Positions 25,011-35,823 of a DNA stretch of 64,000 nt are shown piece after piece. The first letter of the stretch is position 1. Each line of letters begins with the position of its first letter. Origin of the DNA: Puccinia triticina (lineage: Eukaryota). Below the pieces are notes generated by a model that made no database searches, was not told the DNA's origin, and saw only the letters and a program-made list of their open reading frames with translations. The translations under genes and the position numbers were made by a program. The stretch covers positions 3,162,001 to 3,226,000 of the forward strand of contig CP110440.1 in assembly GCA_026914245.1 (NCBI GenBank), written 5' to 3'.

Positions 25011-26600
25011 GGATGTACTTCGCGCACTGCAAAAAACTCGTCGCGCACTGCAGGGGGCGTCCACTCAACGTCCCGGCCACAGTGCGCGGAAGCTCAAAAT
25101 GCTTCGCACACTGCAAATGAAAAGCTTGAAATTCTCATTTTTTTTTTCTGCCAGCCGGCAGAGGGGATTTTTCTTTCCCCTCCTCCATTTTCTTGGGGTA
25201 TTTGGACCCCCCAGCATGACATAAAAAAAGGATGATAAAAAAATACAAAAAATAAGCGGAGCGCCTCCCCAGGGCGCACCCCCCGGGGATTTTTAACCTG
25301 CTAAAAAGCCATGGATCGGGTACCCAGCCCCTCGAAAACAGAGTTCAAGGGGCAGAAGTACATACCCCATGACTTCGCCGTGCGGATGGCCGGCACAGGC
25401 TGGTCCCGGAGCGGAGTACATGCACACTCCCCCGATGACCGGCCAGCACGCACGTGGAGTGCAAATCACCGGTCATCGAGGGGATTACGCACTCCTCTCA
25501 ATGACCGGAACGGTCCCGCTTATCGAGAGGAGTAAACACATCTCTCGATGACTGGAACGGTCCCGGTTATCGAGAGGATTAAATACACCACTCAATGACC
25601 GGAACGAACCCGGTCATTGAGAGCAATTGATCCCCTCGATGAACGGAACGGACCCGGACATCGAGAGGAGGAACACTCTCGATGACCGGGTCTGTTCCAG
25701 TCGTCAAGGGGAGTGTTGACTCCTCTCAATGACTGGAACAGACCCAGTCACGGTCATCGAGAGGAGTAAACACTGCTCCTCTCAACGACTGAAACAGACC
25801 CGGTCATCGAGAGTGTTCCTCCTCTCGATGGCCGGGTCCGTTCCATTCATTGAGGGGATTAAGTGCTCCTCTCAATGACCGGAGCGCACCGTTCATCAAT
25901 CCTCTCCTTGAACAGTTTGCTCCGGTCATTGAGGGAGTGTTTCTCTACTCGGTGACCGCAGCAGACTCGGTCATCAAGATGATTATTTTCTCGATGCCCG
26001 GGTTCGTTCCGGTCATTGAGTGGTGTATTTAATCCTCTCGATAACCGGGACCGTTCCGGTCATCGAGAGATGTGTTTACTCCTCTCGATAAGCGGGACCG
26101 TTCCGGTCATCGAGAGGAGTGCGTAATCCCCTCGATGACAGGTGATTTGCACTCCACGTGCGTGCTGGCCGGTCATCGGGGGAGTGTGCATGTACTCCGC
26201 TCCGGGACCAGCCTGTGCCGGCCATCTGCACGGCGAAGTCATGGGGTATGTACTTCTGCCCCTCGAACTCTGTTTTTGAGGGGCTGGGTACCCGATCCAT
26301 GGCTTTTTAGCAGGTTAAGAATCCCCGGGGGGTGCGCCCCGGGGAGGCGCTCCGCTTATTTTTTGTATTTTTTTATCATCCTTTTTTTATGTCATGCTGG
26401 GGGGTCCAAATACCCCAAGAAAATGGAGGAGGGGCAAGAAAGATCCCCTCTGCCAGCTGGCAGAAAAAAAAATGAGAATTTCATGGTTTATTTTCTGCAG
26501 TGCGCGAAGCGTTTTGAGCTTCCGCGCACTGTGGCCGGGACGTCGAGTGGACTCCCCCTGCAGTGCGCGACGAGTTTTTCGCAGTGCGCGAAGTACATCC
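25011..26600. mobile_element. Foldback/Mutator-like non-autonomous element with ~600-bp TIRs and tandem hairpin subrepeats
   Basis: GGATGTACTTCGCGCACTGC / GCAGTGCGCGAAGTACATCC. Flanks AAAAACAAAC / AAAAACAAAA (9-10-bp TSD). Core of CCTCTCGATGACCGG...CCGGTCATCGAGAGG units. Confidence 0.9.
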
Positions 26601-26851
26601 AAAAACAAAAAATAAATACATAAAAAAATAAAAAATAAAAAAAGATAAGGAAAGAAAATTTGAAGGGAAAGAGGAAACACAGAAAATAAAACAAACAACT
26701 TTAACAAAACAAAAAATAGAAACTGAGACAAAAACCAAGGAGAAGTTGATTGAGAGGGAAAATCCAACAAGAGCGTCAAATAAAGGCGGAAGTTGTTGAC
26801 CGAATGAACCCAAGAGGAGCGCTGGGAACAAAAAAAATAAAGCATTATTGG

Positions 26852-29800
26852 TTAAACTCCATTGAACCAATCAGCGCAATGATCCTGAGGGCCTGGAAGG
26901 AGACAGACAGATGCGGGGGGTGTATGTCCCTCGCAGCTAGCGCATACTGTCCCCCCTGTACTTGCCATAGCTTGTGACGGGCACCTCAGTCCCGTCTGAG
27001 TGGCAAACTCATTGACCTTCTTCCAACCCAGGGCCTTGGTGAAGATGTCGGCGAGCTGATTGTTGATTGAGATCCAATCCAGTCGTACTTTTTTTTGGTA
27101 GAGCAGTTTGTTGATAGTATGAAACTCGCGATTGATGTGTCGATGTTCTTTTCGAGTGCTGCAGTCTTTTGAAATGTAAACCGCAGCCTTGTTGTCGGAG
27201 AGAATGAGTGGAGGGAGAATTGAGAAAAATTTAAATAGGAGAGAGAACACGTAGCAGGCATCCTTGGACGCGAAAGACAAAGCCATGTATTCGGCTTGAC
27301 AGGTCAATTGTGCACAACAAGACTGTCGTTTGAAGTTCCAAGAAACTGGCGCGCCCCAGACTGTAGTGATGAGGCCGTGAACGGACCTTGATCCTTTGCC
27401 ACCCCAGTTAGCATCAACAAATGTTTTGGTTGCATCAGAAACGTCGCCTCCGGCAATGATGGGTAGAGACACCGCCGCCGTGAAACGGATGTAGCTGACA
27501 AGATGATCTAGAGCTGTCCAATGGGACTCGTCAGGAGCCATTGAAAATCGCGCCAGAAAGTTGACGGCAAAGGTGATATCTGGCCGAGAACCCTGAGACA
27601 AGTAGAGAAGGCATCCAGTGACAGATAGATATTTCTTGTCCATTTCTTTGGAAGGATTGGACAGCAAGTCGGAAGAAAGAATAGGGGTCTGAGTTTTGAT
27701 GTTGGAGGGAATCAAACTGGTGATTTTGCTGACCAGAAGGGGCTGATCAATGCGAAATCCACCTGGAACCTCACGTACTCGCAGGCCAACAATGCTGGAA
27801 AGTTGCTGATCCCATTTCAGATCGGGGGCAGAGTCAAGTTTAGATTTGAGCCGCTCTAGAAGTGATTTGGAGCTTGCAGTGAAGATACCATTGTCGACAT
27901 GCACCCACAAGAAAGCCATGTCCGAACCATCGCGATACGAGTAGGTAGATTGATCTTTGAGATTTGGAAAGAAACCAATGGATGAAAGGCGATTCTTGAG
28001 ATGCAGCCACCAGCAACGGCTGGCCTGCCGAGTTCCGTAGAGGGCCTTGCAGAGTTTGAGAACACAGTTTGGTGAAACATGCACACCAGGCGGCGGTCGA
28101 ATATACACATCATGATCGATGTCACTGTGGAGGAATGCAGACTTGACATTGAAGGAAGCAACCGGCCAAGAGAAACGCGACGCTATTGCCAGAAGAACCC
28201 GCAGCAATGTGAAGGTCGGAGTAGGAGCAAAAGTTTCTCTCACATTTACTCCATGAACTTGACAAAAACCTTGTGCAAAGATCCGCGCCTTGAAACGAGT
28301 GATTTCTCCTTCTTGACTACGCTTAAGCGCAAAGACCCACCGGCAGTTAATAAAATCAAAGCCGGCCAACATTGGGACCTCATCCCAGACATGAAGAGAA
28401 ATCATCATGCCAACCTCATCGTCGCATGCTTGCATCCAATGAGTGCTGGAATCCGATCTGAGTGCCTGGTGGTAGGTATCCGGCGCATCAGAGATAAAGG
28501 GTGAAACCAATACCGCTGACTCCAGGCAAGCATCCTGAATGTTGAACTCTCTCATCAAGGTGAAATCACCAAGATGTTGAACAGTGATACAGCTTAAAAT
28601 GGAGGTTAACTTGCCAGGATTTGAAAGTGCGTAAGGGAGTTCGTTTTTATGAAAGGCAACCGATGCTCCGCGCTCCAATTTATTGGCAACCGGGTCCCAT
28701 AGAATCCAACCGTGGGCGACATCAGAAACACCAACGTGAATGAGTTCCTTGGCGCGGGGAACAAACTGCTTTGGGTATTTAATATTGTGCAAGTAAGCCC
28801 AACAACCAAAGATACGTAGCATATCAAGAGACGGCTTGGAACCAATACAAATCTCGTACGGCGTTTTAGTCGCATCATCGTGAACCACACGGTTGAATAC
28901 AAAAGTCGCCTGCTTGAGCGCCTGAAACCAGAGTTGAGTCGGAAGTTTTGCATGGATGAGAAGGGTACGCGCCATGTCAAGCAAGGTCCAATTGGTGCAC
29001 TCTACATTGCCGTTTTGATGATGCTCATAGGGAACTGACATCTCGTGCCGGATTTGATGATCCTTCAAAAAATTGTTGAATTTATTGGAGATGAATTCAC
29101 CGCCATTATTGGACCAAATGCAGAGAACCTCGTGTTTAGTGTGTTTCTCAAAGTTGAGAATCCAGTCAATAACAGAGTCACAGGCGTCAGCTTTACGGCT
29201 CAAACCAAATGTGGAAGTCATTTGGGAGAACAAATCGTGAATGACCAGTCCATAAGCGCTCCCGTTGATCACCTCAGGAAAAGGCCCAACCAGGTCAACT
29301 GAAACTATGGCCCCAGGTTTGTTGGCAATGTCACGCGAGGGAGATGAGACAGGAACATGCCGACTCTTTGCCATTGAACATGAATTACATTTCTTCACTG
29401 ATAAATTGAAACGTCTTTCAGGTAACCCATGCACTGAATTATACAGGATTGCACGATTGAGTGTGCGAACTGCTAGATGACCCAGCCGCAGATGCCATAC
29501 ACGCGAAGAAACACTTGAAAGAGAGGAAATGGAAGTTGGAGACAAAGCAGGAGGAATTCGAGATTTGGAGAGTGAAATGAACCATCTATAGTTTTCGGAG
29601 TAAGAGGGGAAAAGGACACCAGATTGATGAAAAAGAAATTGACCATTATCAAACAAAACCAAGCCGTCCCAGCGATCGAAGAAACCAACCGACAAAACTG
29701 TACCGTTGACCCAAGAACAAAAAAGCACATTGCTTAGCCAAAGGACACCGCTAGATCCCTTGATCACTACATCGCCAACCCCTTCTACGGGAAGGCATTC

Positions 29801-31444
29801 TTCTGATGCCACACGTAGTCGGATATCAGTAGGGTGGAGAGAAACATAAAGGTCACAACGCAACGTTACATGGTTGGTAGCGCCAGTGTCGACAAGGGTG
29901 TCCTCAGATTTGTCAGGCGTCGCCAAAATTGAAGCCAAGCAATTGTCAAGATACTGCAAACAATTAGACAAGACTGATGACTTCTTTGGTTTCCAGTTTG
30001 GATTGATCCTACGCGGATCCTCGAGTGGTGGAAGTCCATTTTTGGTGCAAGGACAGTCTGGTGCCCAGTGTCCCCAGTCCCAACACAAAGTACAAGGAAA
30101 CTCGGGAGTTATGGATTTGGATCCCCACGAATCTGCCGGCAATGAACCACAAACCCCCAATTGAGACTGACTGCCACGAGGCAAGAAACCGCGAGAGCCA
30201 CGCAATCCTCTGAAATGTCCACTTTGGGCTTGCTTAGTGGACAACGCCATTATCGCCGGTTGATTTGCTTGACGTTTGGAAGATTGATCCACTTGCAAAG
30301 TGACACTGAGAATGTCATTGGCGGACACAGAAAGTCCAGGAGAGATTGCCATGCGAGAATCTATGGCATTAGAAACTTCGCTATGGTGCTGACAAAGCGC
30401 AGAGTGGAAAATTAAGGATAGCAACTTATCCGTTGTCCAGCCACCTATGTGCGTCTCCAAATCAATCAACTCCCTCTTGAAATGCTCAAAGCTGATTGAT
30501 GCGGTGTGAGACACGTCGTCCGTATTCTGCGTTAAATCAGCCCAACGACCCAGGAGTAGCGACCAGGAAGACCGCGAAAAACGAGAGGACAAAGAAGTCC
30601 AGGCGCCATGAGCCGTCATGCCGTGAAGTGATGAGCGCAGAGCAGGGTTGATAGATTGTTTGATGACAGCCAAGACCCCAAGCGCAGTGACAGAGTCGTC
30701 CTCAAAGAGATCTTGATCAAGATAGTCTTCACGCCGAGTAGCCGTCGCAATTGTTTCCTTCAGGGCAGCCAACCAGTGAGGAAAGTTGGTGCCGTCCAAA
30801 AGCAAGTGAGGTTGGAGTTTCTCGCCAAGCTGTTGCAACTTGAGATGATTGGAGACCAAAGAATCAACAGTAGGGTTAGCTTTGGAGTTGTCAAGAGCTC
30901 GGACGAGTAAAAGCTTGATGAAGTCTTTGTCCAAACTATCGATGCCTCCTGGCTCAAGGACCTTCCGAAGTAGATCATCACCAGTCCTGTCATCATGCGG
31001 AAGACGTTTGGGAGGTGGCAGGGAAGGCAATGGCAAAGAGGAGGGTGAAACAGCTTGATCTTTTCCTTTGTCAGAGGGACCAGGAAGACCAGCGGCAGGA
31101 GTTGGAGAGGGTTTAACAGTTGACCAAGGCACGGGGTGCATCACGGATCTTATCGAGGAGGATGGTTGAACCGGGGTGAAGGAAGGGGTAGACGTTTGAG
31201 GGGTAGGATTCAGGGTAAAAGAGCCAGGAACAATAGAATGAGAGCTCTCTTTGTTGTCGGACATAGAAAGGGGCGAATCTACTGAGTGAAAAGAAGATAC
31301 AGTAGAGTTCAATGGAGAAGAAGGTTGCGGATAGTTCCGAGGTCTTGGAGGAGTAACTCTAACGGAGAAGTTGGGGAGGATAACTTCAGGGTTCCGTGAA
31401 CAAGTATGAACCATAAAAATAAATTCAAGATAAGCTATTGACAT
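26852..31444 (-). pseudogene. Ty1/Copia gag-pol polyprotein, uninterrupted but with mutated catalytic residues
   Basis: CTLCWDWGHWAPDC knuckle, VDTGATNH protease, WHLRLGH GAG-pre-integrase, DLVGP integrase, RT (KARIFAQGF, KALYGTRQA) and RNase H (VDANW, DNKAA, KEHRHI, QLADIFTKAL), in PR-IN-RT-RH order. Confidence 0.93.
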
Positions 31445-31485
31445 TGATGATTCGAAGCAATATCAAGTATACAACTATGAGTAAG

Positions 31486-31667
31486 TTATGGTGTTCAAAG
31501 TTGGTTTGCATAATTTTATGCATGCATAAATCATAAAATCATAAAAAAAAATTGGTGAGGAAATTTTGTATTACATAATCAGACAGTCATATCCCCTGCA
31601 AAAAATATTTTATGATTTTATGATTTATGCATGCATAAAATTATGCAAACCAACTTTGAACACAATA
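31486..31667. mobile_element. AT-rich palindromic MITE (~180 bp)
   Basis: GTGTTCAAAGTTGGTTTGCATAATTTTATGCATGC... mirrors ...GCAAACCAACTTTGAACAC. Absent from the paralogous leader at ~35535. Confidence 0.85.
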
Positions 31668-31723
31668 AGTGTATAAATGAGTAGAGTTTGTTGTTTCTAT
31701 AAAGGTAATCCCGCTGGTGACAG

Positions 31724-32189
31724 CAACGGTGGGCCAGCTACGCTAACCGTAGCGTTAGCGTGGCGTAGCGTAGCGGAATTCCGCTAAATTTTAGCGTAGC
31801 GTTAGCGGAATTGCGCCTTCTCTGCGCTAACGCTACGCGCAAAGGGTGCGCAGCTAATTTAGCTGTTAGAGTAGCGTTAGCGCAGATGCGCGCAATTGCG
31901 CTAACGCTACACACGCAGGGCGCAAAAGAGCGCGCGCTACGGTGCGCCACAGTGCTTTTAGCTGAAAAAAAGGCCTTTTTTCCGCTAAAAGCGCTGTAGC
32001 GCAGCGTAGCGTAGCGTAGTGACTGTAGCTGCGCGCTAACACTAACAAAAAATTGGCGCGCTGTTAGCGCCGCTGAAACGTAGCGCAGCGTAGCGGCGCT
32101 AAGGCTAATCAAAATGGGCGGGCGCTTTTTGCCGCTACGGTAACGCTAAGTGGCCCTGTAGCGTAGTGTAGCGTAGCGGCCCACCGTTG
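31724..32189. mobile_element. GC-rich MITE with 7-bp TSD
   Basis: TIR CAACGGTGGGCC / GGCCCACCGTTG. GTGACAG duplicated at 31717-31723 and 32190-32196. Empty site visible at ~35586-35592. TAGCG-rich interior. Confidence 0.9.
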
Positions 32190-32199
32190 GTGACAGCGC

Positions 32200-32416
32200 G
32201 GGCTCATAACCTGAAGAGCGAAGATATCAGGATACGGTGGAATGAGATGGAAAACTCCCCCAAAGGGAATAATATGATTACACCACGAATAGAGTGTATA
32301 TACAAAAATAGTTATGTACTTGGGTTGATGAGAGAAAACACATAAAACCATAATGAAAATATGTAATAAAGTATGAAATGATGTAATAGAAATATGTAAA
32401 AACGTAGTGATTATAT
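32200..32416 (-). repeat. Third (truncated) Copia LTR copy with PBS
   Basis: 32212-32416 matches 24749-24953 and 35608-35812. GGTTATGAGCCC PBS at 32200-32211. Confidence 0.9.
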
Positions 32417-32722
32417 TGATGGTACAAGAGCTAGGAACTGCGAGAGTACCTAGGTCCATGAGCGCAAAGGGGAAGCGGACTGTTCTGAGGCAGACCGGGG
32501 GACAGTCAAGAATGAAAGGCCTGAACGTCTGCCGCAGACAAAGAGCAAGTGGAAAGCTATATGAAGTCAGCACGGTTGACTTCATACTTTGTCCCACACT
32601 CCAGCTCTACCAGTCTCGCTTTCACCCTATCTGATTTATTCACGCAAAGGCAACAAATAAATCAACTTTTTATTTACTTCTAAAGACTTCTTATTTTCTT
32701 TTAAACTTCTTCAATCTTCAAA

Positions 32723-34244
32723 ATGGTCGACCAACGAAACGTAACAAGAGCCGCAATCGCCGCAGCGAAGAAGTCGAAATCATCATTGAGTGGTCAAGAC
32801 GCGAATGAAATACATAGGTTGTTAGTACCGTTGCCGGTAGTCAGCAAGGAAGGTGCAGCAGGTGATTGGAGTGAAGTACCATCAGACCCTTTGAGTATAA
32901 CTCAGGATGATTGGGAATCAGAACCGAACAACTGTGAGATTTCTCCAGGAAGAAGGAAACTGAATAGATGTTTGTTATTGATATGGCATCTTCAGATAAA
33001 GATACGGTTCCGGGAGACGTACCCGTCGAAAGCCGTGAGGATCCTTTAGTGTTCAATGATGAGGAAGAAAACACGAGTGGAAAGGAAAAGCAAGATGCTG
33101 TTGAACCGGACTTCATAGAGTTCATGAAAGCCGTTCCAGGTTAGTATATGTATGATAAACCTCTATTCCACATCGCAGATGGGAATTAACAACTTACACT
33201 ATTGTAGATGTTGGAAAGACTCCAATTGATCTGATATCAGCATTGTTGGAGCAAGCTTTGGCCGCCCAAGTATCGGGAAATATAGTTATGGCAAATGTTT
33301 TTCTAAAAGCCATCCGCGAATTGGATCCTAAGAAGCAACAGAACTTCGGTGTGGCATCAGTGGAGCCAGAAGAAGAGACGAATGATGGAGGTCTAGATTA
33401 TGCTGAAGGCATTGGAGCCTCACACGATAATGTTGGTTATGCACCTTTCTTAGACAAAAATATCAAGAAGCTGCGTGGTCCACTTCCGCTTACCATTTTC
33501 AACAAGATTTGGCGAGGGAACGCGATTTCTTGGCACGTGGAGAAGCAACCAAAGAATGAAGAGTCGTTGGCAGTCACGAACTATAGGGGTTACCCGTTTG
33601 TGCCAGAATGGCACATGACTCACTCTCACTGGACGTTCAACCATAGAGATTTTGTTTGAACTTTGATAAATGTATATAACAATAAGAAGTTTGCTGATAA
33701 ACTTTTAGAGCACAAGAAGAATGTGGATGAAATATCGGACACTAGATGCTTTATGATCGGTTTTTGATACAATATGATCATGCGTCAGATCACGTTTTCC
33801 AGCTGAGTGAACGTCAACGGAGTCCCCAAAATCCCCGATGATTCAAGAATTAAAGAAGATATTGTGGAGAGTTGCTACAATACTTGCCAAAACTTCGGCA
33901 AATTGAACTGGGATGAGAATTATTACGCACCAAATTATGGTCATTGCCATATCAATCCGATGACGGGAAATCCTTGTTTGAATTTGCAAGCCAATGATTT
34001 TCACAATACGCCAACGTCTAACAATCATCATATAACTCAAGGAAAACAAATGAATCCAAATAATCATTTGAACCAGTTTGTGAAATCTCAGCAATTGAGC
34101 AATGATAATCATTCATCTCAGGAGTCGAAGAAGAGAGCTAGGTCGGGGTACAAAGGATCCCATTGGATTGATGGTTATAATGAAAGGCGATCAAACTCAA
34201 ATCCTCCGGCTAGCAGTTCAGGCTCGAACAATTCAAACAAGTAG
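32723..34244 (+). pseudogene. ORF1 (gag-like) of a DIRS/Ngaro-like retroelement, two introns, several nonsense codons
   Basis: Exons 32723-32933, 32996-33139 and 33208-34244 join in frame via GT-AG introns. In-frame stops (e.g. TGA at 33657). Followed by an RT N-terminal fragment. Confidence 0.65.
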
Positions 34245-34320
34245 GGAATTTATCCTGAATTTAAATATGATTCCATGTGGTTACTGTTTTCGCAACAATC
34301 TTAAATACATATAAGATGTA

Positions 34321-35140
34321 GGCCCCAATTATAAACGGAATTTTGAGATTATTTTGAGATTATTTTGAAATCATTTTGAAATCAAAACCAACTTTGTTCT
34401 GAGTTCTTTTCATTTCAAAATAATCCCAAATCTCTTCAAACACACCCAGGAGGGGTGTTCAAGATTCCAGAATCTCAAAATTTGAGGAATCAAAATTTTG
34501 AACAGGCAGTATGCCTGTATGGTTGCCAGGCCACTGGTGCCTCAGACCCCCCCCCCCCCCCCCCCCCCCCATTTAATGGCTGTATTGGGTCGGCGGAGTT
34601 CACCGGGCGGGGGTCGGCCGGCACATGAAAAAAATTACTGCTGCAGTGCCGATATACCCGATTGCCTCAACGTTCCACGATTGGATCACAGTCACTACAA
34701 AAATCCCAATGGCCTACCGTTACAAACACCTGCAGGAAAACCAAATTCCCCAGAAAACCCGGGACCACCAGGAGCAATATGATCCTGACCTTGGCGGCGG
34801 AGGCACGGGAAAAAACGCTTGGCTTCAATCTTGGCGCTGATGATCCGAATGTCCATGGAGGCGGCCGCGCAGGAAATGTCACACCATTCAGCCAAGGCTG
34901 AACAGGCAAGCTGTATTCTATCCAGCTTGCCTGTGTCACAGACATCTCGCCCCTGCCTGCCCACTCCGGCAGGCTACTTGCTCAGGGATGCACAAATGTT
35001 TATATGTGCACCCTGTTGTTTGAAGCTTTTCCAAGAGAATTTCGAAATCAAAAATCTTTCATCTTGATTTCATTTTTGTTTCAAAATTCTTTTCGAATAC
35101 TTTCAAAATAAAACTTGAAAATTAGTTTATAATTGGGGCC
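34321..35140. mobile_element. PIF/Harbinger-like MITE (820 bp)
   Basis: TIR GGCCCCAATTATAAAC / GTTTATAATTGGGGCC. GTA TSD at 34318-34320 and 35141-35143. Confidence 0.85.
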
Positions 35141-35304
35141 GTATTGGCTCTTTAATTTTTCATATTTCTTGTGTTTTTTATTGCTTTTGTTTATCTTTTC
35201 AAGAACAGATGTCCCGATTTCGTTTATTCTCTTTCTGACGAATTTGTATTTGTCTCATTTTTGTCTAAAGATATGTATTGGTTGTGGAGCAAAGGACTCT
35301 AAAT

Positions 35305-35511
35305 TGGCCAGAGAAAGTCAAATGTGAAATGAATATTCCCTTTTGGGAATACGCTTTGAAAGCGGCGAGTCTTGACGGAATTTATGGAGACGTGATTCTT
35401 GATTTTAAAGAAGGTTTTCATCAAGGGATACCAGTTCATGATTTAGGCTCAATTCCCTGTTATGTTCCGGCAAATCATAAGTCGGCACATCTAGCTGCGG
35501 ATAAAATAGCT
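35305..35511 (+). pseudogene. Truncated N-terminus of a DIRS/Ngaro-like reverse transcriptase
   Basis: WPEKVKCEMNIPFWE...DVILDFKEGFHQGIP...PANHKSA resembles the region preceding RT in fungal YR retrotransposons. It is cut off by the Copia leader. Confidence 0.6.
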
Positions 35512-35823
35512 AATATCAAGTATACAACTATGAGTAAGTGTATAAATGGGTAAAGTTTGTTGTTTCTATAAAGGTAATCCCGCTGGTGACAGCGCGGGCT
35601 CATAACCTGAAGAGCGAAGATATCAGGATACGGTGGAATGAGATGGAAAACTCCCCCAAAGGGAATAATATGATTACACCACAAATAGAGTTTATATACA
35701 AAAATAGTTATGTACTTGGGTTGATGAGAGAAAACACATAAAACCATAATGAAAATATGTAATAAAGTATGAAATGATTTAATAGAAATATGTAAAAACG
35801 TAGTGATTATATAAGGCCTAAAA

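Noticed and set aside
25430..26180. CRISPR-like array of palindromic repeats
   Set aside because: The units are degenerate, lack unique spacers, are mirrored in both TIRs, have no cas genes nearby, and sit in a eukaryotic context.
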